Part shown: positions 14,052 through 26,800 of the stretch, piece by piece
Numbering within the stretch: position 1 is the stretch's first letter
Layout: the number at the start of each line of letters is the position of its first letter
Origin: Botryllus schlosseri
Lineage: Eukaryota
Assembly: GCA_051294905.1 (NCBI GenBank)
Contig: CM119372.1
Location: 18,602,001-18,666,000, forward strand
DNA: 64,000 bases
Reading direction: 5' to 3'
The notes under the pieces: generated by a model
Told to the model about the DNA's origin: nothing
Seen by the model: the letters and a program-made list of their open reading frames with translations, nothing else
Databases searched by the model: none
Translations under genes and position numbers: made by a program

Positions 14052-14798
14052 GGCACTTCTTCGGTACTCCCCACACACCAAGAAGTGATCTCTATGAACC
14101 AATAATTGTTTCCCATGAATACGTGAAAATTAATAAACGTCAAAATAAATTGTTTTTTCGCATTGGGATTTGGGTTGTGGTGGGGAGACAGATATTAGGG
14201 ACGGGGTGGGAGATATTAGGGTTAAGGGATGGGAATATTAGGGTCGGATGGGAGGTATTAGGGTGGGTTCGGGTCAAGGTTGAGTTTAGGATATCCTAAG
14301 AATAGGGTTGGGCTATCGTAAGATTAGGGTTGGGGAAGGGGATATTGGGTTGGGGGAGTAGTGGGGGTGTTAGGGTTGGAGAGTGGGGATATTAGGGTTG
14401 GATATGGGTAAGGGTATCCCAAGATTAGATTTGGGGGTAATGGATATTTGGGTTGAGAATATCGTGTCCCTCAGTGGGAGTCCCTCACCCCAACCCTAAT
14501 CTTGGGATACCCTAACCACCTCACCATACTCTGAAGCCCCCCCCCCCCAACCCTAATCTTAGGATACCCCAATCCCAACTTTTACCCTAACCCACTCCAA
14601 CCCGATTTTACCCCCATCCCTAATATCCCCCTTCTAGAACCCAAATATCCCCCCTCCCCTAAGGTCCCTAGTATTCGTCTCTCCAAAGGCAAAACACAAT
14701 TAGTTTTGACGTTTATAAATTTTGATGTGTTCATGGGAAAAATTTATTGGTTTCATGACGATCACTTCTCGATATGTGGAGAATACCGAAGAAGTGCC
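14052..14798. mobile_element. Foldback/Mutator-like non-autonomous element with G-rich and C-rich internal repeats
   Basis: ~100-bp TIRs starting GGCACTTCTTCGGTA; exact TSD GGCGTTTT; internal ATTAGGGTTGGG-like units mirrored as CCCAACCCTAAT. Confidence 0.8.
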
Positions 14799-15273
14799 GG
14801 CGTTTTAGCATCGAGGTCGCCAATGTTTGCGGATCAGCTACCAGGTGGTTATTGTGTAAATTCGCCTTCAGACTGTGGGTTAAATCCAACTACGCGTAGT
14901 GAAATCATAGATAGGACCGGAAAACTCTACGTAGCATCCGTTAAATATGACATTTCACTTCGTTGTTAAGCTCTCTTTTGGTAAAAATATGTGTAAAAGT
15001 CATAAATTCTCATAAAACGTTACAAATTTTCATTCGGGCGTGGAAATCAATGTGACAGTTTTGTCTGACCATTGGGCGACATTTGCAATGCTGTGACGCA
15101 TTCAATGCTCGCTTTGTTCTGTCATATTGATGGTGGGCGTCTTACCTAGCCTGGGCGTTTACCCCACTCTACCCCTACGGATACGGACTAAAAATGAAGA
15201 AAATTGACCTGGTGTAATTGTCCAATGACCATAGTAGCCGACAATGACCATAGTAGCCGACAAGCACCATGAT

Positions 15274-17333
15274 CAGACATGGGGTGATTACTTCATGAAT
15301 GTAATCGATTGCGATTACGATTACTTCTGAATCACGCGATTACGATTACGATTACAGCAAAATCAGGGAGTAGTCGATTGCGATTACGATTACATTGGAA
15401 AAGTAATCACGATTACTGACCATTACATTTATTTTGATTCTTAGAACTTATCTTTGAACACATATCGGAAGACAATATAGCGATTGCGATGAGAATGCCT
15501 CATAAGAGAACTAGTTTCTTTTTAAATGAGAAGTCATTATGCTTGTTACGTCATAATATATCCATTCCTCAACTTCATAGCTGACGATTTCTCGCACCAA
15601 ACGATTTGCACTCTAGCCAGGGCCTTAACTGTAGGGTTCCCATACGTACTCTTTTTGGAGAATATTGGTTAAATATAGGGCAAAATTCGACTGAGATACA
15701 GTAAATCAGCATTAAAGTTACGCTCCGACAGCTGTTTCGGGAGGTGAATCGGAGAATTGACTTATTTTTTTTTATTCAACCAACGGACAATGTGAAAAAA
15801 CTGTATTTCGGGAGTTGGCCTGAAAGTTGACCTTTTTATAGTCAACCGACTATAACGAAGTGGTAAAAATTGACCATTTTTCAGGATTTCCTCCGGTATT
15901 GCAAGTTTGAAAATTTTGAAAAAGTGTCCTCTTTTCAGATTTCCAAAATATGGTAACCCTAGTTAACTGCCGCACCTCAAACCTCCAATTGGGTGGAGAG
16001 CGAACTCGAAGGGGACACAAAAATATTTCATAAATTATACAGTATTTTCGATAGATTTAATTAACTTCAAATTTTTCTTCATAATTTAATGTTGCTAGAT
16101 CTCTTGATTTTGAAATGCATACCTCTGTCCCCTCAAGAAAAAAATAAGCATAATTTATAAAGATAGGCATTTCAGTGCCGGCCTTTACAGCGACACGAAA
16201 CTCCAAGACATATGGAGTTTCGCCTAATCTGTCACGCTGGCTAGGCGCGACGATTAGTCCTGTTCTCCTAATCTGAGCCCCACGATAGGAATGGCACTTC
16301 GCGCACCCACGGACGGAAATGATGCGGCCGTGAAGAAATGACAATTTGTGTGAATGTGTGTGCATCTCACGAATAGTTTTTCTTTGGACTTAGCCCGCCC
16401 GCCAGAAGTTTGATTGATCATACTATCGGGGGCCCAAAACCAACGTTTATGGACGAAGTTCTGTTACGGTCCTGATTCTAGCTACAAGTCACGCTAACAT
16501 GGTGTATGAGCGGGTGGCTATGGGGTCAGATACAAATGTGTACATGTAGTATGGCGAATGGCGAAATAACGATTGGTGCACGTTTCGAGTAGAACCATAT
16601 ATGAGAATAAGATAAACTGAACATCGACGCCTTCCTACAATCCACTAAATACAGATAAGCTGCAAACAGCAAAGAACGGCTCGATTATGATTTATATCAG
16701 CAGTCGTTGTTTTTAATGCTTCGATGCGGAAATCATAATGTGTCATTTTACGAATACGAGATTTCAAACGTTTGTCTGGTGTTCGCCAAGCAGCAATGGT
16801 CAAACTGCGTTTAGCTAAACATAACCAAACATCAATAGTCAATACACGCGATGTATTTGAAACAGGGCATCATGGTGATTATTATCTTGCTGCAAGGTAC
16901 TGGCGTCTGGAGTGTATTGATGACCTGATACACGATATGGCAGGTGTTCTTACTACCACACTACTTTTATCTACATGTGAATCAAATTTCTATTTACTAT
17001 GTGTGGATAATTCGTTACGCAATGCCATAGCTAATACTTGTGACGTAATAAGGAGCAGTGGCGTTTGAAAATCCGACGTTTCTGCTATCAATAACCTGTT
17101 ATGATATGGTACTCTTCATTGTTCACGAATGTTTAGTTCATGCCATGTTCCTTGTACTAATTAACAGTAATCGTTCTTTCACAAAGAAATCGATTAGATA
17201 TGGGAAGTAGTCGATTACGATTACGATTACTTCGGATTTTTTTCGAATGTAATCGATTGCGATTACGATTATTTGAAAATGGTGTAATCGCCGTAATCGA
17301 TTACGATTACTAATCGCGATTACCCCATGTCTG
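15274..17333. mobile_element. hAT-type element, family K (TIR CAGACATGGGGT, GATTAC repeats)
   Basis: TIRs; TSD ACCATGAT / ACCATGAG; inverted homologue at 41831-43764. Confidence 0.88.
15632..15961. mobile_element. Family L MITE nested in family K
   Basis: TIRs; TSD CTTAACTG / GTTAACTG. Confidence 0.8.
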
Positions 17334-17765
17334 ACCATGAGTACCACAAACAACAACGGCAAGCACTGGAACCCATCAAAATCGCCAAGGAATGTGATAT
17401 TCGGCTTTATTACGTACAGTAGCAGAGAAAAACAATAGCCAGGTGAGGCACAAGAGAATCTGCCTCACTCACTATTCGCTAACAATCGGACAATCGCAGC
17501 ACAGTGAAACACGCTATCGATTACGGAAATCGGATTATGAATAAATAGTATTTACGGTGACCCATTCTTTATTTATTTATTTTACCGTATTACCGTAAAT
17601 ACTATTTTATTCAAATCCAAATTTTTCGACGGCAATAACTCCGCTTCCACTGGTTGGAATTGAACCAAATTTGGTGAACACCGTTTCTATAGACAACCAA
17701 ACACTTCCATGGGGTGAACAGAAAATTTTCAAATTTTTTGATATTTATTTTTATACGATATATGG

Positions 17766-18105
17766 TAGGGTTACCATACACAATTACACCATGCGTCCTC
17801 TTTTAACAGGATTTGTCCTCTTTTTTGACTTTTTTGAAAGTGTCCTCGGAGGACGCCCTTTTGTCCTCTTTTTTTGAGATTTTGTCCTCTTTTTTGAAAA
17901 TTAAGGTCATATTTAGAGCAAAATCCGAGTGATATGCCGTAAATTAGCACAGCAGTGACGCTCAAACGGTATTTTGAGCTCTGAGCGAAAAGATGACCTT
18001 TTTTTAGTCAATTCATCGAATTTTGAGAATTCTTCTCCGGTTTTGCAAGTCTCAAATTTCTGAAAAAGTGTCCTCTTTTTAGATTTCCAAAATATGATAA
18101 GCCTA
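17766..18105. mobile_element. Family L MITE
   Basis: TSD ATATATGG. Confidence 0.85.
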
Positions 18106-18249
18106 ATATATGGAAACTTTCTTCTCTTGTAGCAATACGGCTACTGGTTGGAATAGAACAAAATTTGGTGTGTAGGCTTAAACTAGGTAACCTAACAATT
18201 TTATCAAGTAGCCAGTACGATTTGAGAAAAAAGTCATTTTTGAAGAGCC

Positions 18250-18605
18250 CTAATGCCGGACCTGAAGTGTGGAACAGTATCTCGCCGGCTATCCGACACT
18301 GACAGTCGTCGAGCATGTCCGCATTCAAGTCGAAATACAAGCAATTTCTACTGAATAAATACTAGTCAGCCCTCACCATTTACCGGACCACGACCTATCG
18401 ATCTCGCCTTCCGTCGCTTGCCGCCTGATTTTATCGCTTGTCATTTGATCTTCTTTTACTTTCATTCAGTGTGCATGCCTCCTCTTTACGTCGCCTAGGC
18501 CCAGGTGGGTGTCTGGTCTCAAAGACTAGTCCTAGTCGTTTATGCATCTTCCAATCTTTTATTGTATTGCAGTCTTGTGATGTTTTAAGTGATGAAATTT
18601 TATGA
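18250..18605 (+). mobile_element. LINE 3' fragment (same family as 57245 and 38106)
   Basis: AGPEVWNSISPAIR...FKSKYKQ plus the shared 3' UTR. Confidence 0.8.
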
Positions 18606-19722
18606 ATTTTGAACTTGAATATAGCCGGTTTTCCACAGTCTGTTTTCAACCATTTTAGTTTGAAGTTTGTGAGCAATGTTCCCTCTAGGCTGCGCACGTG
18701 CGCAAATGCGCAATGCTGACACCATAGTGTCCTATATGGTGTCAACACAGGCAAATCTCACGCCTCAGTGAAATTGTATCACGTCACAACTTCCATTTGG
18801 CTACAGGCAATTTGACGGTTATTTTTGACCGGCTTGCCGAGCATTAAATTTGGTAAATCGGGTATCAATCGGAAGCTGTCTCTGCACTGATTACGAAAAT
18901 ATAAATTTTATTTCGATCGTGGCCCTGGAACTCCCACAATCAGCCTCGATTTTTTCATTGTTATGGAGATTGGCATTGGGACGCAACAATGCTGAACAAT
19001 GCTGTCTGGCTCTTTTTCTCTCGAGCTACTCTCTCGTTTCGCCAGACAGCATTATTGAAAAATGAACATGCAGACAGTTTTCAATTGCAAGTTAAAGGGG
19101 AATGGAATTAGGTATATGTACATTGAGCTAAATACAGCGTGGGTAGCGCGTGGCGGCTACATGGTGTAACAAAATGCACGAGCATTGACAACAGGAAAAT
19201 GCCTAGTAACTGCGCGAAATTTAGAAATTAGGGTCCTCTATCACAGATTCCTACATATGCTAATTACTACTTTTGCGTACAGAGATCATCACTTCCAAAT
19301 AGCTTAATACTCCATTTCCTAATTGCTGAATATCATCGATTTCCTAATCGCTGGATTTATCAATTCACAGATTGGCCGTAAATCCAGATTTAATCACTGA
19401 ATTTTTTAGCCTTTTCATTCACCTTTCATGTAGTCTACCCATAAGATATGTAGTCTGCGGACCCCCGAAGGATTACGGACCCTCATTTTTTAAGAATTCT
19501 GCTTTACACACTTGCTGTGTTGCTTCATACAAACTACAGTCAGTTATTTTTGACAATTTATAAAAAACCTTCATAATAAATTCTGTATTTTCAAAAATCC
19601 TTATTTTTTGCATTTTCAAAATTTTATTTTGGGCAGTTTTGACATTTGGTTTCCGAAATGCTAAAAATAACACGGCGTGCATATAGCCCAATGTGGATCG
19701 TGGATTCAGACATGTGATATAC

Positions 19723-19959
19723 TAGGGTTACCTTACGTCCTCTTTTAAGAGGATTTGTCTTCTTTTTTGACTTTTTTGAAAGTGTCCTCGGGGGACGCCC
19801 AAATGTCCTCTTTTTTGAGATTTTGTCCTCTTTTTTGAGAATTTTGGTTAAATATATGGCAAAATCGACTCAGATACAGTAAAGCAGCACTGAAGTAAAG
19901 CTCCGGCGGGTATTTCGGGAGCTGGGCCGGAAAGTTGTTTCCAAAATATGGTAACCCTA
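19723..19959. mobile_element. Family L MITE (internally deleted)
   Basis: TSD TGATATAC. Confidence 0.85.
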
Positions 19960-20625
19960 TGATATACAAGATTTTCGATTTTACGTGGCCTCAGCTATAG
20001 TTACGCACAAACAATATTCATGGTTTAAAAGTGATATTATGTTGCCGGTCAAGGCCGTTATGACGGCACATTAGTGTCAGCTGCAGTGTAGTCTGCAACG
20101 CTGCTACTTATTGGGTAGGCTAGGCTATATCTTGCTGACCGTGTACGCAAGAATTCAGAGTAAATTCCGAGCTGATCGAGGCGCGCGCCGCAGGCCACCG
20201 CGTAAAGCCCCTGATTTAGCACTCGTCGTAATAGCAGAGGTGGTCGAAGAAATCATGCTTAGTAGGCCTACTCAAGCAGAAGTAACCACATAATTTTATT
20301 AATACTCAAATAGGGCCAAGTAGAAATGTCCACGTAAGTAATAAAATAACTATTCCAGGTTCCATTGCTGTTAAGTTGAAGACGTTTAAAATCCTAACCA
20401 CTTACAAGTAGTGAAAGTTGGTAAAGCCTACTTGGGAACCTCCAAAATAATATAAGTCCTTCATTACTGAGCATTACCACCTCTGCGTACTACGCAACGT
20501 AACCTTATGTATTTGCAAGGTATACACCCTTCTGCCTCCACAGAATATGTAGTAATTGCTTCCGTTTCGATCCATTGATACTCCAAAGCAGGCAAATACA
20601 TTACACACTTTTAATAACATATAGA

Positions 20626-20631
20626 TTTATT
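20626..20631 (-). other. Candidate polyadenylation signal of WDSUB1
   Basis: AATAAA on the minus strand ~250 nt after the stop codon; another occurs near 20295. Confidence 0.35.
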
Positions 20632-20884
20632 TCCATAAGAGCACAATATCGAAGTGCGAAAGACGTTATAGAAATCAATAATGAGATAAACCACAATAAA
20701 TGATCAACGATCAAGTGGGAAGTTTGTGGACCAGAACCAACCGACGGTCGAGCAATGATCCGATTGAAGATTTGAACCGTAAAAATTAAGTCAGAAAAAG
20801 AAGTCACGACTTTCATAATAGGAGAAAAGGACGTAACGAAACGGGATGCAAAAGTATAAACAAACATGTCAAGCATTTGATCGC

Positions 20885-23800
20885 TTATTTATTATTTTCC
20901 AATAATTGCATAATCAAAGTCTTCAAAGCTTGGTTCGGGATTAAGTTGCGGGACACCAGTCTTTGGTTGGTCATTGGGCTGACGTTTTTGCCTCTCTTGA
21001 ACCAGCCTTCAATGCCGCTTCGCTCGTACGTGAACCCGTCTGATCAGCAAAAAATACGCATTAAATTCAGCACTAGGGCTACAAACACAAGAGCAGTCAC
21101 ATCTATGATGAAAACGAAAAGGATATATCCAGGACGAAGATGGTATTCAGAGGGAGCTTACTGTAAGAGACACGGTAATCCGACAGTCGTCGACCATGTT
21201 CATTCCCCACATTGAATCAAAGTACAAGCAGATTCTACAGAATGTAATTAGCCAGCGATCGAGATTGATGGATCGCGATCTGACATATCGACTTCGCCAA
21301 CTAACAGATGTCACTCCATTTCCATCGTTGGTACTTTTCACGCTATCTTCTATTACTTTTCATTCAGTGTGTATAGTGTACAGTACTTGTACAGGCTGCT
21401 TTTTGTGCAAAAATATTATTTACATGTTCCAGGCAAACGTCTTACTACTACAAGTCGTTTTGACTTCTGTTTTCATTTTATCGCAATCTTGAAATGATTA
21501 AATATATCAAACTTAACTGAACGCAGGAATGAGTAAATCGACCTATTATAGAGGCTGGCCAGCTAGATGGGATACGGCTGTAAGTGCGCTGCCTCGCTAT
21601 CAATCCTTATCCACAATATTCCTATTACCACATCAAACACACTGCCACCTTGTCTTAAACACAGCACATAGTCACCGCTTCCCACGATACATCATTGAAT
21701 CCATTGGCACGAGTAAAACGTGTACGATGCCCAAAATTCTCATACTCTACAGTCCAAATCTACATATTTTCATTCACCTGCCGCGATGACTGGATCGAGC
21801 ATCACCTCTCTTGATATCGGGCAAAGATACTCGTCCGGGATATCTTTGTCATCTGGAAAGACAAGGAACATGCTCTCGAGTGGTGTAAAATGGCGTTGAA
21901 CATTCCAGTTCCTCACCTATCGGAAGTTTCGGCGTTGCTGTTATAGTCGGAAAAATGCGGTTGGCTGGCGGAGCCGTGGCCGGTACGAATACTGGTTGGC
22001 TTGAGCCTGCTGCAAATAAAAATTGTAGCGATGGCAAGCCTGCTTTGCATTTTTAAGTTTCAGAGGAAACACATTGCCATGTTCAGACTAGGGATTGGCA
22101 AGTAGCCGAGTGATTTGATGCTGAAACTATTACTCAGATGACATTACAATAGTATGAATGATGTGGAAAGTACAATTATGTATCCTTTATACGATCACAA
22201 ATAACATAATGCCAGTTCTACACGACATTAAACATTATCTGGTATTTTATTTTCCGACCATACATATTTCATTGAACTTTGTGACGATGCTGTAGGTCGA
22301 TCACAACTTCAAAGATATGCCATTCGCACTAACGTACGTAGCTTTGTAAGTATGTTTCGTATGCTGCGATGCCACCAATAAAGGTTTCAAGGCCTTCACA
22401 GTTGAAAATGGTATCTACACCGTAATTCTCTTGAAAATTCACTTTTAGTGGCACTGAGCATCAGGGTTGTAATGACTCGAGTCATGACTCGACTCGAGTC
22501 AGACTCGAGTCACGATTTTCTGATGATTCGACTTGACCCGAGTCATTTTCTCAAATTACGGAAATGACTCGACTCGAGTCATTCGGTGTATTGACTCGAC
22601 TTGGACTCGAGTCATTGACTCGAACCAAGTCATATGACTCGTCGACTCGAGACTCAGACGGTCAAGACCGACATTTCGTTGTAATTTCGAAAAACAGTAA
22701 AGTGACCAACCTATTGGGATTTCGTCTATTGGTGGTAGTGGTACGTGAAAATGCGACCAGAAACAGAAACTGAAAAGTGTGGAAAATTAGTATATTATGA
22801 ATGCGAACCATTCGATATCGCCGAACAGAGTTGTAAAAGTGGGCTTAACAAGACTTCAACCAGAAACTGAGCAGTCAACACAATGACTTGGACTCGGACT
22901 CGAGTCATAATACCATGACTCGGACTCGAACCTCTGCTCGATGACTTGGACTCGGACTTGACTCGGTGGTCAATTGAAAATGACTCGACCTGACTCGATT
23001 CAAAACTACAAAAGTGAGATTGACTTGTGACTCGGAGCTTTGTGACTTGGTTACAACCCTGCTGAGCATATAATTTTTGAACTAAAAAAATTCATCTCTC
23101 CTCACTTGACTCAAATCATCAGAATTGATACTCGATTCAGATTCGAGGACTCGAATCATTATGCCCACCCCCAGTTCAGAGACACACCCAGAAATGGGTT
23201 TAAATTAGTCAGTGTTCTACTCCAGTAGAAGTAAAACTAGTACAGTGAGGTTCTACTCAATCACAAGTAGAAATATCCAAGATATTTCCAATTCACTTCA
23301 AGTGGAAGTAGAAAACGAAAGGCTTGAAAAGTACTCTGTTGGTTTCAACAAGTAGATTTGACGGAGGGGTCGCATACTTTCAGCAGTGAATCGGATGTTG
23401 CTGCTTCGAAAATTACAAGATGCATCTCAGGGAGTTACTGAAAATGACTGCACATAGCTACAATGTTCAAAAATATATTCAGTTACCGTGACACATGAGC
23501 TGCTTCACGTGATTCTTACGACTATCCTCATGAAAGTTATGCAAACTATTACTTGTAAATAAAAATATAAAAAGCAGTTGTACCTAAAAACTGTTACAAG
23601 TAGAAGTGGAAGTAGTTTCAAACATAACCATTTAAGTAGCGCAATAGGCGAAATCTACTCAAGGACTCTAAACGCAGTACTTTTTTACTGACCACTTCTG
23701 CATACACCGACCCTCACTGCACCTGCACAAATACAATAGAATGTAATGAGAACAAAAGTCGTAGGACACCCTAAATGCCAAGAGTCTTGAAAATTTTGTG

Positions 23801-26800
23801 AGCGAATTAAGTAGAGCGATATAAAATCGTAGCCTCTATACCACGCAGGTAGGATATAAATAATGCAAGAATTACCTACCCGTTTGATTTCGTAACACAG
23901 CCGCCGGCAAAACAGGCCGAGATCTCAGCTTTTCGATTCCGCGCAATATCTTGTTGCGATGACCCAACGGTCCTGCATTATGCATATGTAATCACTAATC
24001 AGTTACTTTGGCAAAAGAACATGGTTAGAATTCAATCCTTACCGACATTCAATTCGTTCGAAAGGGTATCTGAATTCAAATCCAAAAGTTCCTCGCCATC
24101 AATTGCATTCAATTTGAACGCATCCGAATATTGGGCCAGGCCGAGCTCGTTTTTTAACCATTCCAAAACGTCGTCACTGCTCCACTGCAGGACAGCTTTT
24201 GGTTGGTCGACAGCGCCATCGGAAAGTGTCAAGTCTACTAAAGCTTCTGCTGTAACGTCTACCTTAACATGAAATGTGTGAGTTGTTATGAACAGAAATA
24301 TTAATAGAAAATTATTGAACGGTGACTAAAAAACAACTTTCACTTCACTACTACCCATCGGTGGTCAAAGTAGTTAGTGTTGCAACTCCAGTAGCCGTAG
24401 AAGTACTGGGGTAAATTTCTAGTCGATTGCAAGCAGAAGTAGCTATTTGAAAAACATGCCAAAACTACTTCAAGCAGATGAAGAACATACTGGTTTGATG
24501 AAGTACTGAAGTAAGCAAAAAAATAGTCCTGGTCGATCAGTCATATACATTTAGCAGTTAATCGGAGGCGGTCACTTTGGAAAGTGGAGGGTGCATCTTC
24601 GTGACTAAAGCAAAATGACTAATGACACTACAAAGTACAAATAGTCTTGCCAAAAAAACTGTCAAGTAGAAGTGGCAGTAGTCTAAAACATAACCACTTA
24701 AGCAAGAAGTACAGGTAGGCGAAACCAACTTGAGTATTCAATGGAAGAAGTAGCATATTCTAGCTATCAATAACATGAACGGTGGTAGTTCTTACCTCAG
24801 CATTGTCAGCGTGATTCAAAACAAGATCTAAAAGTAGAGGATACTAGTTACTGGTGTCAGTACAGCACTAATTGCAAGTAAACGTCTCCCACCATCACGA
24901 GCATCCAATTTCCAAATAATCGTGGTTTTGTCATAAGAAGTTGACGCCAGGTACTTGGCATCCATGGAAAAGCACACCGACGTAACAATGGCTGTGTGCC
25001 CTTCCAAGACAAAGAGCTGCTCTGCAGTAACCTGCAATTATACAGGTAGAGATTTGAGTACATAATTATCACAAGCATGAGACAGTATACCGAAATGGAA
25101 AAATACAGAGCTGGTTCCAGCAAGTCATTGTTACTCTGATGAAAACGGTGCAGTACAGTGCAGCATGCATTCAATCTATTTTCACATAAAAGTATCATAT
25201 GATTTGGAAGAGTTCGTGTAGTTGTAAAAATTAGTTTAGGTTAGGGTTGCCATACGTCCGGAATTTCCCACACATGTCCAGAATTTCACTGTTGAAACTA
25301 GCGTCCGGGAGGAATTTCTAAAATATGTCAAATGTCCGGAATTTTGACGTAGGCTCATAATTTTTTGGTAAATCAGCATAAAAACAATATGTTTTGGGAA
25401 TGTTTATGCTGATGCATGATCTTTTCTTCTCGCTGGGCGCGATTTACTATCACATTTATTGATTTCAATATGGAGACTACCACCCTCGAAAAAACTGCCA
25501 TAAAATATAAATATAAAAACCTTCATTTACTGGAATAAGCCTAAATGCAATCGCCATCATAGGAGAACGGTATATTCCTAGAGATCGTTAAGGCCGTTTA
25601 AATGCTTTATTCAAAGATAGTGGTTCAAAACGGGGGGTCGCTTGCCTTTATTCAGGGGTTTGCGAATATGTTGAACGTAATCAGCTTCCAAAATAGCCCG
25701 TGAGTCAGTCTGGGCAAAGGTGCTGACTTATTTTAATGAGCTCGTCAAATTTTTATCTGGGCCACGGTACATTTTCAAATTGGATATGGAGTCACGGCCA
25801 TAAAAGGTTGGAAACCACTGGATGTGGGGTGTTTATAAAGCTCCGTGGTGTGCACCGGCATAAGGCCGATAAACAATCTATCGTTAGGACACGAACATGA
25901 CTTAACGATGTGCATTTGTGCAATTACGCTCCCTGCATTTTACTCATCATCCTCCATGACCAGCTCTACCGCTAATTCTGATCATGTGGGCGGAGAGTAG
26001 TAGTAATATATGGAACGACTAATATTATTAACAGAATTCATTCCAATAATTTACCGACCAGATGCATATAGAAACCAGATTCATATAGCAAGACCCCCCC
26101 CCCCACCCATAAGTTGCATCGATTACGATTACCCTATAGTGCGGGCTCAAAATCATTGTTTATTTGAGCGGGAAGTAGCTGAAAACATGTGCTTTCGCTC
26201 CCGGTTACACAACACACAGCCACATACTCCTGAACCGGATCGAGACCATACCTCTGGTCTATGAGCAAAGCTTTGCTAGTGTGACATCATAACTCATTTT
26301 TAAAGTCCATTAGTGGGCGCTAAAGAGTGTCCGGCATTTGGGTTGTTGAAATATGGTAACCCTAGTTTAGGTTGTCAGTTGTGAACAAATAACCCATGTC
26401 TGCAACTATCGCAGGATGAATAGCAGTGCTAGGGGCCGACTATTTGCAACACTTGGTGGTTGTGGCAATCTTTTTCATAAAAAGAATGAAACTCAACTAA
26501 ACTATTTCTTGTAGCGGTATTGGTACAGATAGGTGTAGGTCTATTGGTACACTTATACGGATGACAGAAAGTATATTCGCATGAACGTTCAGTACAGATA
26601 ACACAACTAATTATCGTTCTGAGCAAACAGCATATTTATCTATGGTGGAAATCGCACAACTCACAAAAAACTTGACGCGAGTTATCTCGTTAGCCACCAA
26701 AGGTACGCCGGTAGACGGCTTTCAAACTTACCGGGTTCCAAACAATAACGGTTTTATCGAAAGAACTTGATGCCAACTTTTGTCCGTCTGCTGTAAAACA

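Noticed and set aside
14170..14660. Interstitial telomere
   Set aside because: Units are highly degenerate and enclosed by TIRs and a TSD.
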